Positions 31,129-41,071 of a stretch of 64,000 bases of DNA are shown here, one piece after another. Made by a program: the position numbers and the translations under genes. Position 1 is the first letter of the stretch. Every line of letters starts with the position of its first letter. The notes under the pieces were generated by a model. That model was given only the letters and a program-made list of their open reading frames with translations. It ran no database searches and was not told the DNA's origin. Origin of the DNA: an uncultured Chthonomonadaceae bacterium (GTDB taxonomy: Bacteria; Armatimonadota; Chthonomonadetes; Chthonomonadales; Chthonomonadaceae); the NCBI GenBank assembly GCA_963835065.1, contig CAWIEK010000049.1:704001-768000 (forward strand). Reading direction: 5' to 3'.

Positions 31129-31156
31129 TTAGACGGGTATGTTGTGCAAAAGGTTC
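31129..31156 (-). promoter_or_regulatory. Putative ECF-sigma promoter GAAC-N17-CGTCTAA
   Basis: Minus strand gaaccttttgcacaacatacccgtctaa. Matches copy 1. Confidence 0.6.
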
Positions 31157-31253
31157 GCTTTTTCCGCGTTATTCTGCTGTTTTTTGGCTTTTTTTCTGTG
31201 TCTTTTTTGTGGAATGGCTGCTGTTTGCTGTTGGCGTCGTGTGAGGAACGGGG

Positions 31254-32081
31254 TTGAGTAACACTTTTATGCCTGGCTGGAAAAACCGCCTGCGTCACCT
31301 GCTCATCGCCCCGGAACCCGCTCTGCCTGCTTCCATTCTGACGGGGCATTTAGAGCGGTTTCGCGGCCTGCCTGCCAACGCTGCCGTGTGCATCAAAGTG
31401 TCGTGCGCGTATGATCTGCCCTACCCTTTTGCGGTTTCGCGCGGGTTTGTCGCGCAGGTTGTGCAGGAGATATATCAGGCGAATTCAGGCGTGAATATCG
31501 CGCTGACGGAAGGGGGAGTCGGAGGACAATCTATCTGCGGCATGGCGTCCCGGCACGGGCTGGACACCCTTGCCAATGCGCGGTTTGAGGATGCTGAAGC
31601 GGTGGAACCAATTTATGCGCCGAACCCGAACCCCCAGCCGTTCCGCGAGGCAGGGTTTTATCTGCCGGCCTGTTGGGTTGAGGCCGACATGCGGATACTG
31701 CTGACAACGTGCAAACTGCGCAGCCATCATTTTCAGCGCTGGTACAGCGGGGGAACGCGCAATCTCATTGGTCTGCTGCCGCGCAGTCGCTATAAACTTT
31801 CCGCAAGCAAGCGCGAGATGCGCAGCGTCATGCACCAGCGGGGCATAGACGCGATGGTTGCCGACCTTTACGCCACCACCGGCCAGAACACGCTGACTAT
31901 TCTCGACGCCCGTCTTGTCGCCCGTCAGGACGAGCATTTCCCCGTCCGCTTTACGCGCAAATTGAACCAGATTGTTGTCGCCGAGGATCCCGCCGAAGCG
32001 GACGAGAGGATTGTGGACGCGCTTCGCCTTCCCTTTACGCCGCCCTACCTCGCCATGATCGCCAAAGTCCGTACAATGTGA
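31254..32081 (+). CDS. DUF362-like protein
   Basis: CIKVS, TEGG and CKLRSH..SGGTRNLIG resemble the DUF362 KxKxH..KNL.G pattern. Start may be ATG 31269. Confidence 0.55.
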   Translation: MSNTFMPGWKNRLRHLLIAPEPALPASILTGHLERFRGLPANAAVCIKVSCAYDLPYPFAVSRGFVAQVVQEIYQANSGVNIALTEGGVGGQSICGMASRHGLDTLANARFEDAEAVEPIYAPNPNPQPFREAGFYLPACWVEADMRILLTTCKLRSHHFQRWYSGGTRNLIGLLPRSRYKLSASKREMRSVMHQRGIDAMVADLYATTGQNTLTILDARLVARQDEHFPVRFTRKLNQIVVAEDPAEADERIVDALRLPFTPPYLAMIAKVRTM

Positions 32082-32094
32082 AAAGGAAGAATTG

Positions 32095-33654
32095 TTAGAA
32101 GCGTCCGGTCAGGGAACGCGCTATGAGCAGCAGGCCGATCAGCGTAACCACTGCGGCGCTGCAAACGGACAAGCCCGGCATCCATTTTGCCCCCGGCGAT
32201 ACGCGCTCCATCAAGCCCCTCGCCCGCATTACTACCAGCCCTAAAATCGTCAGCACGACCGCCAACCCCAGACTGAACGCCACAATCAGCAGCAGGCCAA
32301 AACCGATTCGATGCAGGGCAATTGCGCTTAACATCACGACCAGAGCGGACGGACACGGCAAGGCTCCGCCCGTAATTCCCAATCCGACCAGCGTTCGCAG
32401 CGACAAAGGCCCTGATGCTCCGCGCCGCTGCGTGTAAAACTCTTCTGTATCCGCGTCCAATTCGTTCGCCGCTTGCGCCGAACATTCGTCCTGTGCAGTT
32501 TGCCTTTGCTCCGAACGCCACGCGCCCACGCGATGCCACAACAGCCCCGCGCCCATCCCGGCCACTGCCAGCCCCGACAGGCCGCTGATGACCGGATATA
32601 AATGTTCCGGCACGATCCAGCGCGAAGCCGTCAGCGTAATCAGCCCCAAGGCGAACACGCCCAGCGTATGCGTTATTGTCACCACAAGGCCAAGCAGTAC
32701 AGCATGACGCGCCGTGCCCCGCGTCCCAATCAAATACGCCGCTACCATCGCCTTGCCATGCCCTGGGGACAGCGCATGCAGCGCCCCAAACCCAAACGCC
32801 GACAGCAGCGCCAGCCCCATCAGCCCCGGCGTCAACCCCACCGCCGCAATAGACTGGGTAAACTGATCGCGCGGGGTGTTGGGTGTTGAGGGGGGGGAAA
32901 GTGATGAGTGATGAGTGAGGAGTGATGAGTGAGGATTCTGTTCATCATTCATCATTCCGTGTTCAGCATTTCCTTCTGTTCCCTGTTCCCTGTTCCCTGT
33001 TCCCTGTCTCCTCTTCTCCTTTTCTTCCCCTACCCATGTAAATCGCGCTTCCGTTACCTGCGGCGGGGCTATGGTGGGGTCGGCAGGATAAGTGGTTAGT
33101 TCTTTGCTCTGGTCGGTGGCGGGAACGGAGGAATCGCGCAGGGTGGAGAGGTCGCCTGTCACGACGATTTCTTTCCAGCCGGTACGAACAGGATAGTTTG
33201 AGTCTTTGTAGGTGACGGCAAGCGGGATTTTGGGCGGGGAAGAAGCCGGAGAATCGGCGGTAAAGTCGAGCGTGACGCGCAGGGTTTTCAGCCCGCCCGC
33301 TCCCGGAAGCAGAATCGCATCACGCGGCGTTACCTTTAGCGGAACAGGCTGCTGATTAATCGTCAGAGTCAATTGCCCGCTCAGTTGCACAGACATTTGG
33401 CGCAAGTAAGCCGCCCGCTCCGCATCCGAAACAACGCCGTCCTGATTGGCGTCCAGCCGACTCATTTCCGTCACGGTTGGGATTTCGGCCATGTCCAGCA
33501 CGAAATGCCCTTCGATACGATCCGCCTGCGCTATAAGCCGCGTGTAATGGTTGATGGAAAAATTGCCCATCGGATGCGCAATCACCATCCGCGCCATCAA
33601 CAGCCATGCCAAACTCAACAGGCAGACACGCCAAATTTTACAGTTAGGTTTCAT
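32095..33654 (-). CDS. HoxN/RcnA-type nickel/cobalt transporter-like protein with N-terminal exported domain
   Basis: AHPMGNFSINHY, GALHALSPGHGKAMVAAYL, TITHTLGV, GGALPCPSALVV. Confidence 0.85.
   Translation of the reverse strand: MKPNCKIWRVCLLSLAWLLMARMVIAHPMGNFSINHYTRLIAQADRIEGHFVLDMAEIPTVTEMSRLDANQDGVVSDAERAAYLRQMSVQLSGQLTLTINQQPVPLKVTPRDAILLPGAGGLKTLRVTLDFTADSPASSPPKIPLAVTYKDSNYPVRTGWKEIVVTGDLSTLRDSSVPATDQSKELTTYPADPTIAPPQVTEARFTWVGEEKEKRRQGTGNREQGTEGNAEHGMMNDEQNPHSSLLTHHSSLSPPSTPNTPRDQFTQSIAAVGLTPGLMGLALLSAFGFGALHALSPGHGKAMVAAYLIGTRGTARHAVLLGLVVTITHTLGVFALGLITLTASRWIVPEHLYPVISGLSGLAVAGMGAGLLWHRVGAWRSEQRQTAQDECSAQAANELDADTEEFYTQRRGASGPLSLRTLVGLGITGGALPCPSALVVMLSAIALHRIGFGLLLIVAFSLGLAVVLTILGLVVMRARGLMERVSPGAKWMPGLSVCSAAVVTLIGLLLIARSLTGRF
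32885..33030. repeat. Composite in-frame repeat insert in the transporter linker
   Basis: Peptide [48 protein letters not shown]. Near-copy of the hemA insert. Confidence 0.9.
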
Positions 33655-33662
33655 GCAACAGC

Positions 33663-33712
33663 CTCCCCTCTCCTAGCGCGTTGCGCGGGCAGGAGAGGGG
33701 TCGGGGGTGAGG
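33663..33712. repeat. CTCCCCTCTCC..GGAGAGGGG-type REP-like hairpin overlapping the TPR gene end
   Basis: Encodes the last residues LTPDPSPARATR* of the TPR protein. Similar to 1601-1642. Confidence 0.75.
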
Positions 33713-35097
33713 TTCTTTGTTACCTGAGAGCCGAGTTCCCGGAGCGTGTCTGCCGCAAGGGGAGCGTAAATCAGGCTGAAATTCGGGTTATCGTTCAGGG
33801 CTTCGTACAACAGCTTCCGCGCTTGCGCCTGCCGGTTCAGTTTGACTGCGATCATGCCCGCATGAAACTTGAACAGGGCTTCGGGCGTGTGCTTCGCCAG
33901 CGCTTTTTCGATCATGGCCTGCGCGTCCTGATAGCGTCCTGCTTTGTAATAGCACCAGGCTAAGGTATCCGCCACATACACGTTCGGGCGCGTTTTAATT
34001 TCCGCTTCTTCCTCCTGTACCGCTTCGGCTATATTGCGGTCGTGGTCGGCGTAAAACTGCGCGATCTGCATGTCGCCCCGGACGCCGTTGGCTTTCAGCA
34101 GTTGATGCGTGGCTTCCACAAGCGCAAATTGCTGCTTCGCTTCTTCCGGCTTGCCTGTAATCCGATACAGGTCATGCAGCGCGGCCAGGGCGTCGTGTAT
34201 CGGCACGACCTCCACCGCCTGCTTGTAATAGTTGATCGCTGCCGGGTAGTCCCGGCGCGCAGCCTTCAATTTGCCCATCGCGGACAGCAGTTGATAATTA
34301 TGCGGCGCGTATTTCAGGGCGTCTTCGAGGGTTTGTTCCGCCGGGAGCAAAGCGCCCGTGTTCATCAGCATGATGGCAAGTTGGGCGCGGCACCACGCGG
34401 TATTTTCCGCATACGGCCCGCCCGCTTTGATCGCTTTCGCCATCAGCCACAAAGCCTTGCGCGTGTCGCCCGTCAGCCAGATCAGATGCGCGCCCCGACT
34501 GTAGGAGGAGGTATCCGGGCGTATGTCGAGCATCTGCTGATAATGCGTGTACGCGGCATCGTAATTGCCCATTTCCACGTCGGCGTCGCCAAGCAAGCCG
34601 TAAGCGTCGTTGTCTTTCGGGCTGAGGGCAATGGCTTTCCCCGCCCATTCAATGCTTTTTTCAAATTCGTGCTTCCCGCCGCTTACCCATGCCATGCCAT
34701 TCAGCGCAGGCACATTTTTCGCGTTGAGCGCAAGAGCCTGTTGGTAGGCTTTTTCAGCGTGGGCGTAGTACGTCACATCGGCGGTTTCGCGCGCCTTCTG
34801 CATGTACGAATCGCCCAGATTGACCCAGGCCATATCGTCCTTGTCGCTTTTACGGACAACGGCAACCCATTTTGCAATCATTTGATCCGACAAACTATTG
34901 CCGGTCGGAACCGGGAGCGTGGCAGGGGCGTTTTGCGCGGGAAGGGCATTGCCGGCCACGACGCCCGCGTCCTTCGGGGCGGCGCTTGCGGCTTTTGCTT
35001 GCGGCGGATGATGGTTTACCGCCCAGGTTCCCACTGCCGCGCCGCTCAACAGCAGGCAAAGCAATCCGATTTTGACAGGAGTGACGGTCGGCTTCAT
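33673..35097 (-). CDS. Exported tetratricopeptide-repeat protein
   Basis: N-terminal hydrophobic segment, QKARETAD..YY..AE, multiple TPRs, ADTLAWCYYK. Confidence 0.85.
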   Translation of the reverse strand: MKPTVTPVKIGLLCLLLSGAAVGTWAVNHHPPQAKAASAAPKDAGVVAGNALPAQNAPATLPVPTGNSLSDQMIAKWVAVVRKSDKDDMAWVNLGDSYMQKARETADVTYYAHAEKAYQQALALNAKNVPALNGMAWVSGGKHEFEKSIEWAGKAIALSPKDNDAYGLLGDADVEMGNYDAAYTHYQQMLDIRPDTSSYSRGAHLIWLTGDTRKALWLMAKAIKAGGPYAENTAWCRAQLAIMLMNTGALLPAEQTLEDALKYAPHNYQLLSAMGKLKAARRDYPAAINYYKQAVEVVPIHDALAALHDLYRITGKPEEAKQQFALVEATHQLLKANGVRGDMQIAQFYADHDRNIAEAVQEEEAEIKTRPNVYVADTLAWCYYKAGRYQDAQAMIEKALAKHTPEALFKFHAGMIAVKLNRQAQARKLLYEALNDNPNFSLIYAPLAADTLRELGSQVTKNLTPDPSPARATR

Positions 35098-35172
35098 TGC
35101 GTACTCGTTTCTAAATTTTTCACCTCCGCTTTCGCAGGTAAAACCGCATTACGAAAGCGGAGGCAAACGTTC

Positions 35173-36759
35173 CTAGTGGGCGGGATCGGAGTCCTTGCGG
35201 TTCCGCGCCCCCGCATGGGGCGTACCCGCATACGGGAAGGTGGTGTTGTAAATCTGATCGTTGTGGTCTATGTTATCGCCAACCAGAGTCACCGGGGAGT
35301 AGGACGGGCCACTGGCAACCGCCGTCAGCGCAACGTCTACGACATCATCGCCAAGCCGCCGTCCGTTCGGCCAGCCGCCGGGAATGGACGCGCCCGCGCC
35401 ATTGGTGATGGTGTCGCCGCCGATGAAGCCGAGACGACTGAAGAAGGCTTCGCCGGCAGCGCGCGCCGGTCCTGTCGTCGTGTCCACGCGAATGACATCC
35501 GGGATGTAGACAAGCGCCAGGTCAACGCGATTTGTGGTTGCGAAGTTGGTTCCGTACACCGCGTTGATCAGCACAGCCACTTCGGGATTCAGCGCGTAGG
35601 TTTTGTAGCGCGCCGCGTCGTTGGTCGGCGAATCACGGTTGTAGTTGTCTTTGTCCGCCAGCGCAACCAGCACCTCGTTGAACAGCGGATTGGCTTCGCG
35701 GTTCACCTGGATGTACGGCCCGGAATTGGAATTCGCGCCGGACGTGCTGCGCAGGGTAATGCGCGGGCGGCTGACACTGGCATAAACGCCCACGCCCATG
35801 CGCGCGCCAATACCGGGCAGGGCTTGTCCGCCGGTAAACGGAGCCTGGTACGTGAGCGGAGCCGGCAGTTGCGAGACGGGAATTTCAACGGCGTAATGCA
35901 GGACGTTGAAGCCCTTGAAGCCATCCACGCCGTTGCCGGCCTGCCCGAAAGTCCCTGACGGCGTTGGCAGCAAGATACGCGGATCAAGAAAGTCGAAGAT
36001 GCCGGGGGTATCCGCGTAAAAGCCATCCTCGCGGGTTCCGCAGAAAGTCGTGAGGCTGCCGGGAAGATCGTACACCGTTTGCCGCGTATAGCGGTCCAGC
36101 GTGGCGCGCGAAGTGGCTCCAGATATGGCAAAACCGTAGTTGGGATTGGTTGCGGGCGTTCCGCCCGTATCGTTGTAGAAGGGCGTCGTGCGCGCGCCAG
36201 CGTTGGCGGGCGGAACCTTCATGGAAGCGCCATTCACATCCGAACTTATCGTTGTCGTTGCGCTGCCGATGGTTCGGGTCAGGGTATAGGTTTGCGTGAA
36301 GTTCTGGTGGTTGTCGTCCACGTTTATAATCGGGCCGGCATCCGGGTGGCCGCCGACATTCGCGCCCCGCCCATAGCGCAAAATCGTGTTCAGGTTCTTG
36401 TAGTTGCCTGTTATATCTACGGGCGAGAACTTGAAGTCATAGCGCTGCAGCTGCATGCCCGTATTCGGGTCGGCGATGTGGATACTGTACAGCGCGTCAT
36501 CAGCGAAGGCTTCATACAAAACGCCGTCACCGGGTTCGGAGAAGGGACGGACGCTGACTTCACAGACCAGCACTTTTTCCAGTCCGCCGTTTGCCGTAGG
36601 ACGATTGCGGATGAAGGCGTATACATCCGTCAGGTTGGCCTGCGGATCGAGTTTGATGAGCGGCGCGTCGCTGTGGCTGGACGCCTGCGACAGTGTGCCG
36701 GGAAGAACCAGGGCCGCGCCCGCCAGCATCAGGGCGGCGCGTTTCCAAAAACGCATCAT
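35173..36759 (-). CDS. DUF4331-family secreted protein
   Basis: Signal peptide then ASSHSDAPLI..DPQANLTDVYAF, GTREDGFYAD, GWPNGRRLGDDVVD. AAGGAG RBS. Confidence 0.85.
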   Translation of the reverse strand: MMRFWKRAALMLAGAALVLPGTLSQASSHSDAPLIKLDPQANLTDVYAFIRNRPTANGGLEKVLVCEVSVRPFSEPGDGVLYEAFADDALYSIHIADPNTGMQLQRYDFKFSPVDITGNYKNLNTILRYGRGANVGGHPDAGPIINVDDNHQNFTQTYTLTRTIGSATTTISSDVNGASMKVPPANAGARTTPFYNDTGGTPATNPNYGFAISGATSRATLDRYTRQTVYDLPGSLTTFCGTREDGFYADTPGIFDFLDPRILLPTPSGTFGQAGNGVDGFKGFNVLHYAVEIPVSQLPAPLTYQAPFTGGQALPGIGARMGVGVYASVSRPRITLRSTSGANSNSGPYIQVNREANPLFNEVLVALADKDNYNRDSPTNDAARYKTYALNPEVAVLINAVYGTNFATTNRVDLALVYIPDVIRVDTTTGPARAAGEAFFSRLGFIGGDTITNGAGASIPGGWPNGRRLGDDVVDVALTAVASGPSYSPVTLVGDNIDHNDQIYNTTFPYAGTPHAGARNRKDSDPAH

Positions 36760-36826
36760 GACTGTCTCCTTTATCTGCCTGTGTTGCAATGATAGCAATG
36801 GCAGCGAGAACAAAGCAGCGCCAAGC

Positions 36827-36876
36827 AGTTGATAGTTGATAGTTCGTAGTTGATAGCAAGACAGGAACTACGAACT
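36827..36876. repeat. (AGTTGAT)n arm with short complementary arm
   Basis: agttgatagttgatagttcgtagttgatag ... aactacgaact. Confidence 0.7.
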
Positions 36877-36942
36877 TTCACCGCCCTGCCGTTTAGAACC
36901 AGAAGCAAACTTATCGCCGTCAGTCCTGTGGGGACGGTGGGG

Positions 36943-37467
36943 TTACTTACCCCGGCTGCGGCGTCTGCGGATTGCGAAACACGCTGCCGCGCCCAGGGAG
37001 CCAAGCAGCGCCATGCTGCCGGGTTCGGGAACTGCCGCAAGGGTCGTATCCGTTGTCGTGACAATGCCGCCGTTGACCAGATCGAGTTGGCTGGCGGTAA
37101 ATACGCTGGATTGGGGCGCGACTAAACTGTCATAAGTGAAACCGCTTAACGGCGCTGCGGTGAAGAAGGCGCTGTCTTCAGTGTAATCCACCAGGCCCAG
37201 AACATTGTCCGTATAAAAACCTTGAAAGCCTACGGGAGCCGTCACATTCAAAGCGGTAGCGACACCAGGCAACACTTGAATGGTCACATCAAACAGATCA
37301 TTCGCAGTGGCGTTGGTGATCGTATAGTCGTAATGGTACAGGCCATTCGCTATCTGCGTCACCGTGGGAGTAACCGTTACCTGCGCGCGGGCGAAACCAG
37401 GCAGGATTGTAAGGCAGAGCGCGCCGGCTATGCCAAACGTGAGTTTGTACTGCATGCGTCGAGTCAT
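36943..37467 (-). CDS. PEP-CTERM sorting-domain protein
   Basis: Signal peptide (ARA|Q) and C-terminal AVPEPGSMALLG-TM-RRRR. Confidence 0.92.
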   Translation of the reverse strand: MTRRMQYKLTFGIAGALCLTILPGFARAQVTVTPTVTQIANGLYHYDYTITNATANDLFDVTIQVLPGVATALNVTAPVGFQGFYTDNVLGLVDYTEDSAFFTAAPLSGFTYDSLVAPQSSVFTASQLDLVNGGIVTTTDTTLAAVPEPGSMALLGSLGAAACFAIRRRRSRGK

Positions 37468-37752
37468 ACTTGCAGCCTTTCGAAAAGTGCGTTGCGTGGT
37501 ATTTAGAATTAATGCGGTTACTGTCAAATTTCTCGTATTTCTCCTTTCCCACATTTTGCCCATGTTGAAAATGCCGGCAATAAATCTACCGGGCAGCCAA
37601 TTCTCAACATAGCCTACGCCCGCCAATGAACAACGTTCCTGTAAATGGATCGAATTTACAGTTTTGGTCAACAACCCGCACTATTGCTAGGCGGGCTGTT
37701 GACATCATTGACAGTTCGCCCCCTGTTCGCCAACTATGCGAATGGGAACTAC

Positions 37753-38679
37753 TTACGATGCGGTTTTGATGTTGCCGTTCAGGCCGGCGGGGAAGAAGCC
37801 GCCACTGCTGGACGTGCTGCTGACGCTCTGCGGCTTGAGGTACACAATCCGCAGCACCTGGCTGGTGTTGCGGGAAAAGGCGATGGCGTTGCTGTCGGTC
37901 GGAACGATGTTGGCGTTGCCGTTGTTATCCACCACACCCTGATCGTCCGCCGCCCCGCTGGCGGTGGCCCGCAACGCCGAAATCTTCCCCGCGATCCCCT
38001 GCGCCGTCGCGCCCAGACCGTAGATGATGGTGCGTATCTCGCTGGCATGGTACGCTTCCACCGCCAGGATACCTGCCGCAGCGGACAGGTACGTCTTGTT
38101 GGTCAGCAGGGGGGCCGCGCCATGATAGGCCGTCACGCCCACATCCTCGAAGATGAACGCGCCCAATAGGAAGTTCACTTCGCTGGCGAACGGATCGAAC
38201 GTGCTGCCGATGCCCGCCGCCGTTGCCGCCGCGTTGAAGGAGTTCAGCAGATCAATGCTGGGCGCGGAAACGGCTGCGGTTCCTAATGCCGAGCGCAGGA
38301 AGCGGACATGGGCGAGTTCATCGGCGGCGATTTCCGCTGCGTACTGCGCGAAGGCAGGGGTCTGAAACGGAACCTTGGGATTGCTCTTGATGGTCGTCGC
38401 GCCTGCGCCCGTGCCCAGGTCCGTGGCGGACAGCCCGCTGCCGGTCACGGCAGATTGGTAGTACTGGGCTTCGAGGTACTCCAGGTTGAGGGCGAAGTTG
38501 AGTACGTCGGCGTCGGTGACGGCGCTTTGCGCGTTGCTGGTGGAGTGCCCGCCGCCGCAGGCCGCGAGTCCGAAGCCACCGGCGGCGCTGAGGGTGGCGA
38601 GGCTGAGTTGCTGGATCATGGCGCGGCGGCTGACGCGGCGCTCTTCTACGAGGTCGCGTAGTTCTTGTACAATACCCAT
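37753..38679 (-). CDS. Ferritin-like domain protein (Ferritin_2) with Tat/lipoprotein signal
   Basis: [49 protein letters not shown] 38679 after AGGAG. Confidence 0.88.
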   Translation of the reverse strand: MGIVQELRDLVEERRVSRRAMIQQLSLATLSAAGGFGLAACGGGHSTSNAQSAVTDADVLNFALNLEYLEAQYYQSAVTGSGLSATDLGTGAGATTIKSNPKVPFQTPAFAQYAAEIAADELAHVRFLRSALGTAAVSAPSIDLLNSFNAAATAAGIGSTFDPFASEVNFLLGAFIFEDVGVTAYHGAAPLLTNKTYLSAAAGILAVEAYHASEIRTIIYGLGATAQGIAGKISALRATASGAADDQGVVDNNGNANIVPTDSNAIAFSRNTSQVLRIVYLKPQSVSSTSSSGGFFPAGLNGNIKTAS

Positions 38680-38927
38680 TTGAACGATTCTCCTGTTCTT
38701 ACTGCTTTCGTCATGGAAATGAAAGTCCCGCAGAGACACCTCTGACTCTTTCGGGTGGAGTGAGCAACCGGCAATCCGGCGGGATTGCTTTTTCCTAGTA
38801 CGCGAGTTATAGGGGCTTGTCAGCACATGCACGTATAATACGTCAGTTATAAGGAGCGCTGCCATGTGCCTTGTGTCAAAGCATCCCTGTAAATCAGTAT
38901 GGAACAGGCGTAACGATGTTTTCCAGA

Positions 38928-41051
38928 CTAAAAACTGCTCATTTTTTGTCCATCTTTGCCGGTTTCGCCGATTTCTTTCAGCCAGAGCCGTTCGACGACA
39001 TGCGCGATGCCTTCGAGCAGGTGGCGGCGGTAGGTGCTGAAAGGGAGTTGGAGCAAATCGGCAGCCTGTTCCTGCGTGGAAGCGGGGTTGAGGTAGGTGT
39101 GGTGAAGGGCGCGATAGCCTCGCGCTAATTTGGGGGAGGACTGGCAGGACAGGGCGGCTTCCGTGACAAGCGCAATCAGAGCGTTGGCCTTAACAGAATC
39201 ATCCGCGTTGCTTTGGGCGCGTTCCAGAACGAGGCGGGAGCGCAGCAGGGGATTGTGGCGCAGCGATTCCGGCTGCTGCAGGTGGCGCAAGGCTTCCCGG
39301 ACGGCGGCTCCGAACTCCGGCTCACTGAGAACGAGAAGCGTTTCGCCGCGAGGGGGCGCAATCTGTCTTTCTCCCGCTGTTTCCTGTTCCGCGAGTATAG
39401 ACAGCCACACGGTCAAGGGCAGAGTCCGCCAATCGTGTCCGAACACGCCGTACTTTCGTTCGCCGACAACAAAATCCGCTTGTGGCAGCGCTTGCTTCTG
39501 CGCGTAGGCGAGAACGGGCGTCCAGAACTCGGTATCACGGCAGGGGAAAAAGGTAAAGGCGAGATGGGGCGTGGTCAGGTCGTGGCGCACCATGTTGACG
39601 ACGATGAGGCTTTGAATCGGCGATACGTCCTGATAAGTGTCGCGGGCCATCCAGAAGCGATAATACAGAGCGGTTTCGCCGGGGCGGAGAGGGGCAGATT
39701 TTTCCAGATAATGACAGGCGGCTTTAATGGCGGGGTCCTGCTGTTTCTGTTGCGCGTCCACTTTGTCAAGCATTACCATCATCACAAAGCCCAGGGGTTC
39801 CGTGACGGTTCGCGCTTCGAGGCTTTCCCGAAACACGATGGTTTGCTGGCAGGGCTGGCCGAGCCAATACTTTACAATGCGCGCGGATTCCAACCCCTCC
39901 TGCTTTTCCGTCATGGCAATGAGGGCAGGCTTATCTTCCGGGCGGGCGAGTTCTGCAAAGGCGGCATTGTCGTGCCACTGAAAGGCGGAGCGCACGATGG
40001 CATTGTCGCGGTGCAGAAAGATATAGTCCATCAGGATACGCTGCTGCTCCTGCCCCTGCGTTTCCTTGAGTCGGGCCGTGTAATAGGCGCGGGCGCGGGA
40101 GTGCAGGTCGGCGTAGCGTTCGGGGTTGCGCCAGCGCAATTCGGAAAGCAAGGCTTCACGCGCTATGTCATGCGGAAACAGGCCGCGCGAGCCGGCTTCC
40201 ATAAAGGAAAGGCCGCGCAGCCAGCGAAACAGAGTCGGCGCGTCGGCTTCGGGATTCAGTTCGGCGAGCAGGGACTCGGTGGTGAGATGCACAAGGGCGC
40301 AGGTTTCCAGGGCGGCGCGATGGTCGGCGTCGGGCACTTTTTGGAGGAGCCGTTCGAGCAGGGTGGTCACAACATCCTGGGCGCTGTCTCTATCAAAGCG
40401 CAGGCTGCCGCGCTGCGCGAACACATCGGCGACAAGGGAAAGGGCAAGCGGGAAGCCGTGCGTCCATTCCAAAATGGCGGCCTGTTGATTGGCAGGAATG
40501 GCATGCTGCTCAAGGTACGCGCAGCTTTCCTCCGGGGATAAATTCCGCAAGGCGATTGTCCGCAGCATCTCCTGCCATCCCAACTCACTGCGCCAGCCGG
40601 ACGTGGGCGGCATCCGTCCTGAAAGTACGACGAGTATGTCACCGGACAAGCCGGGCACGAAAATCTCGCGTATCCATCCATCCAGGCCATCCAGCGCCTC
40701 ATACGTATCCACAAACAAGACGGCGCGGGAGGAAAGGGCGTTGAGCGCGTTTACAGGATCGCCGGACGGTTCCAGGCCAAGCGCGTGGGCAAGGGCTTGC
40801 AGGAAAGAAGCGGGAGTCGGCTCGATGTTGCGGGCGTCCAGACGGATGGCGCGAATTTCGCGCGTTTTGCACAGCGCGGTAAACACATTGAGGAGGGTGG
40901 TTTTGCCCACGCCGCCGGGTCCGTAAATATGCAAAACGCAGCAGGCAAGCTCTTCGGGTTCCAAAATGGACAGGAAAACCGCGACTTCCTCGGCTCGCCC
41001 CACCCATTGCTGGTGGCGGGCGGCGCGCAAACGCTCTCCAATGTTCGTCAA
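38928..41051 (-). CDS. AAA_16/STAND-like ATP-binding protein with C-terminal HTH-like region
   Basis: [56 protein letters not shown] start after GGAGGA. Confidence 0.8.
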   Translation of the reverse strand: MTNIGERLRAARHQQWVGRAEEVAVFLSILEPEELACCVLHIYGPGGVGKTTLLNVFTALCKTREIRAIRLDARNIEPTPASFLQALAHALGLEPSGDPVNALNALSSRAVLFVDTYEALDGLDGWIREIFVPGLSGDILVVLSGRMPPTSGWRSELGWQEMLRTIALRNLSPEESCAYLEQHAIPANQQAAILEWTHGFPLALSLVADVFAQRGSLRFDRDSAQDVVTTLLERLLQKVPDADHRAALETCALVHLTTESLLAELNPEADAPTLFRWLRGLSFMEAGSRGLFPHDIAREALLSELRWRNPERYADLHSRARAYYTARLKETQGQEQQRILMDYIFLHRDNAIVRSAFQWHDNAAFAELARPEDKPALIAMTEKQEGLESARIVKYWLGQPCQQTIVFRESLEARTVTEPLGFVMMVMLDKVDAQQKQQDPAIKAACHYLEKSAPLRPGETALYYRFWMARDTYQDVSPIQSLIVVNMVRHDLTTPHLAFTFFPCRDTEFWTPVLAYAQKQALPQADFVVGERKYGVFGHDWRTLPLTVWLSILAEQETAGERQIAPPRGETLLVLSEPEFGAAVREALRHLQQPESLRHNPLLRSRLVLERAQSNADDSVKANALIALVTEAALSCQSSPKLARGYRALHHTYLNPASTQEQAADLLQLPFSTYRRHLLEGIAHVVERLWLKEIGETGKDGQKMSSF

Positions 41052-41071
41052 TGTCGCGCTCCTCCATTTTT

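Noticed and set aside
34042..35958. 638-aa plus-strand ORF (and similar long antisense ORFs such as 2018-2932, 13660-14514, 39213-40541, 41785-42810, 49604-50764, 55618-56685)
   Set aside because: They shadow well-supported genes on the opposite strand in GC-rich DNA and contain no recognisable motifs.
38846..38880. TTGACA...TATAAC promoter for the ferritin-like gene (minus strand)
   Set aside because: The spacer is 22 nt, too long for sigma70.
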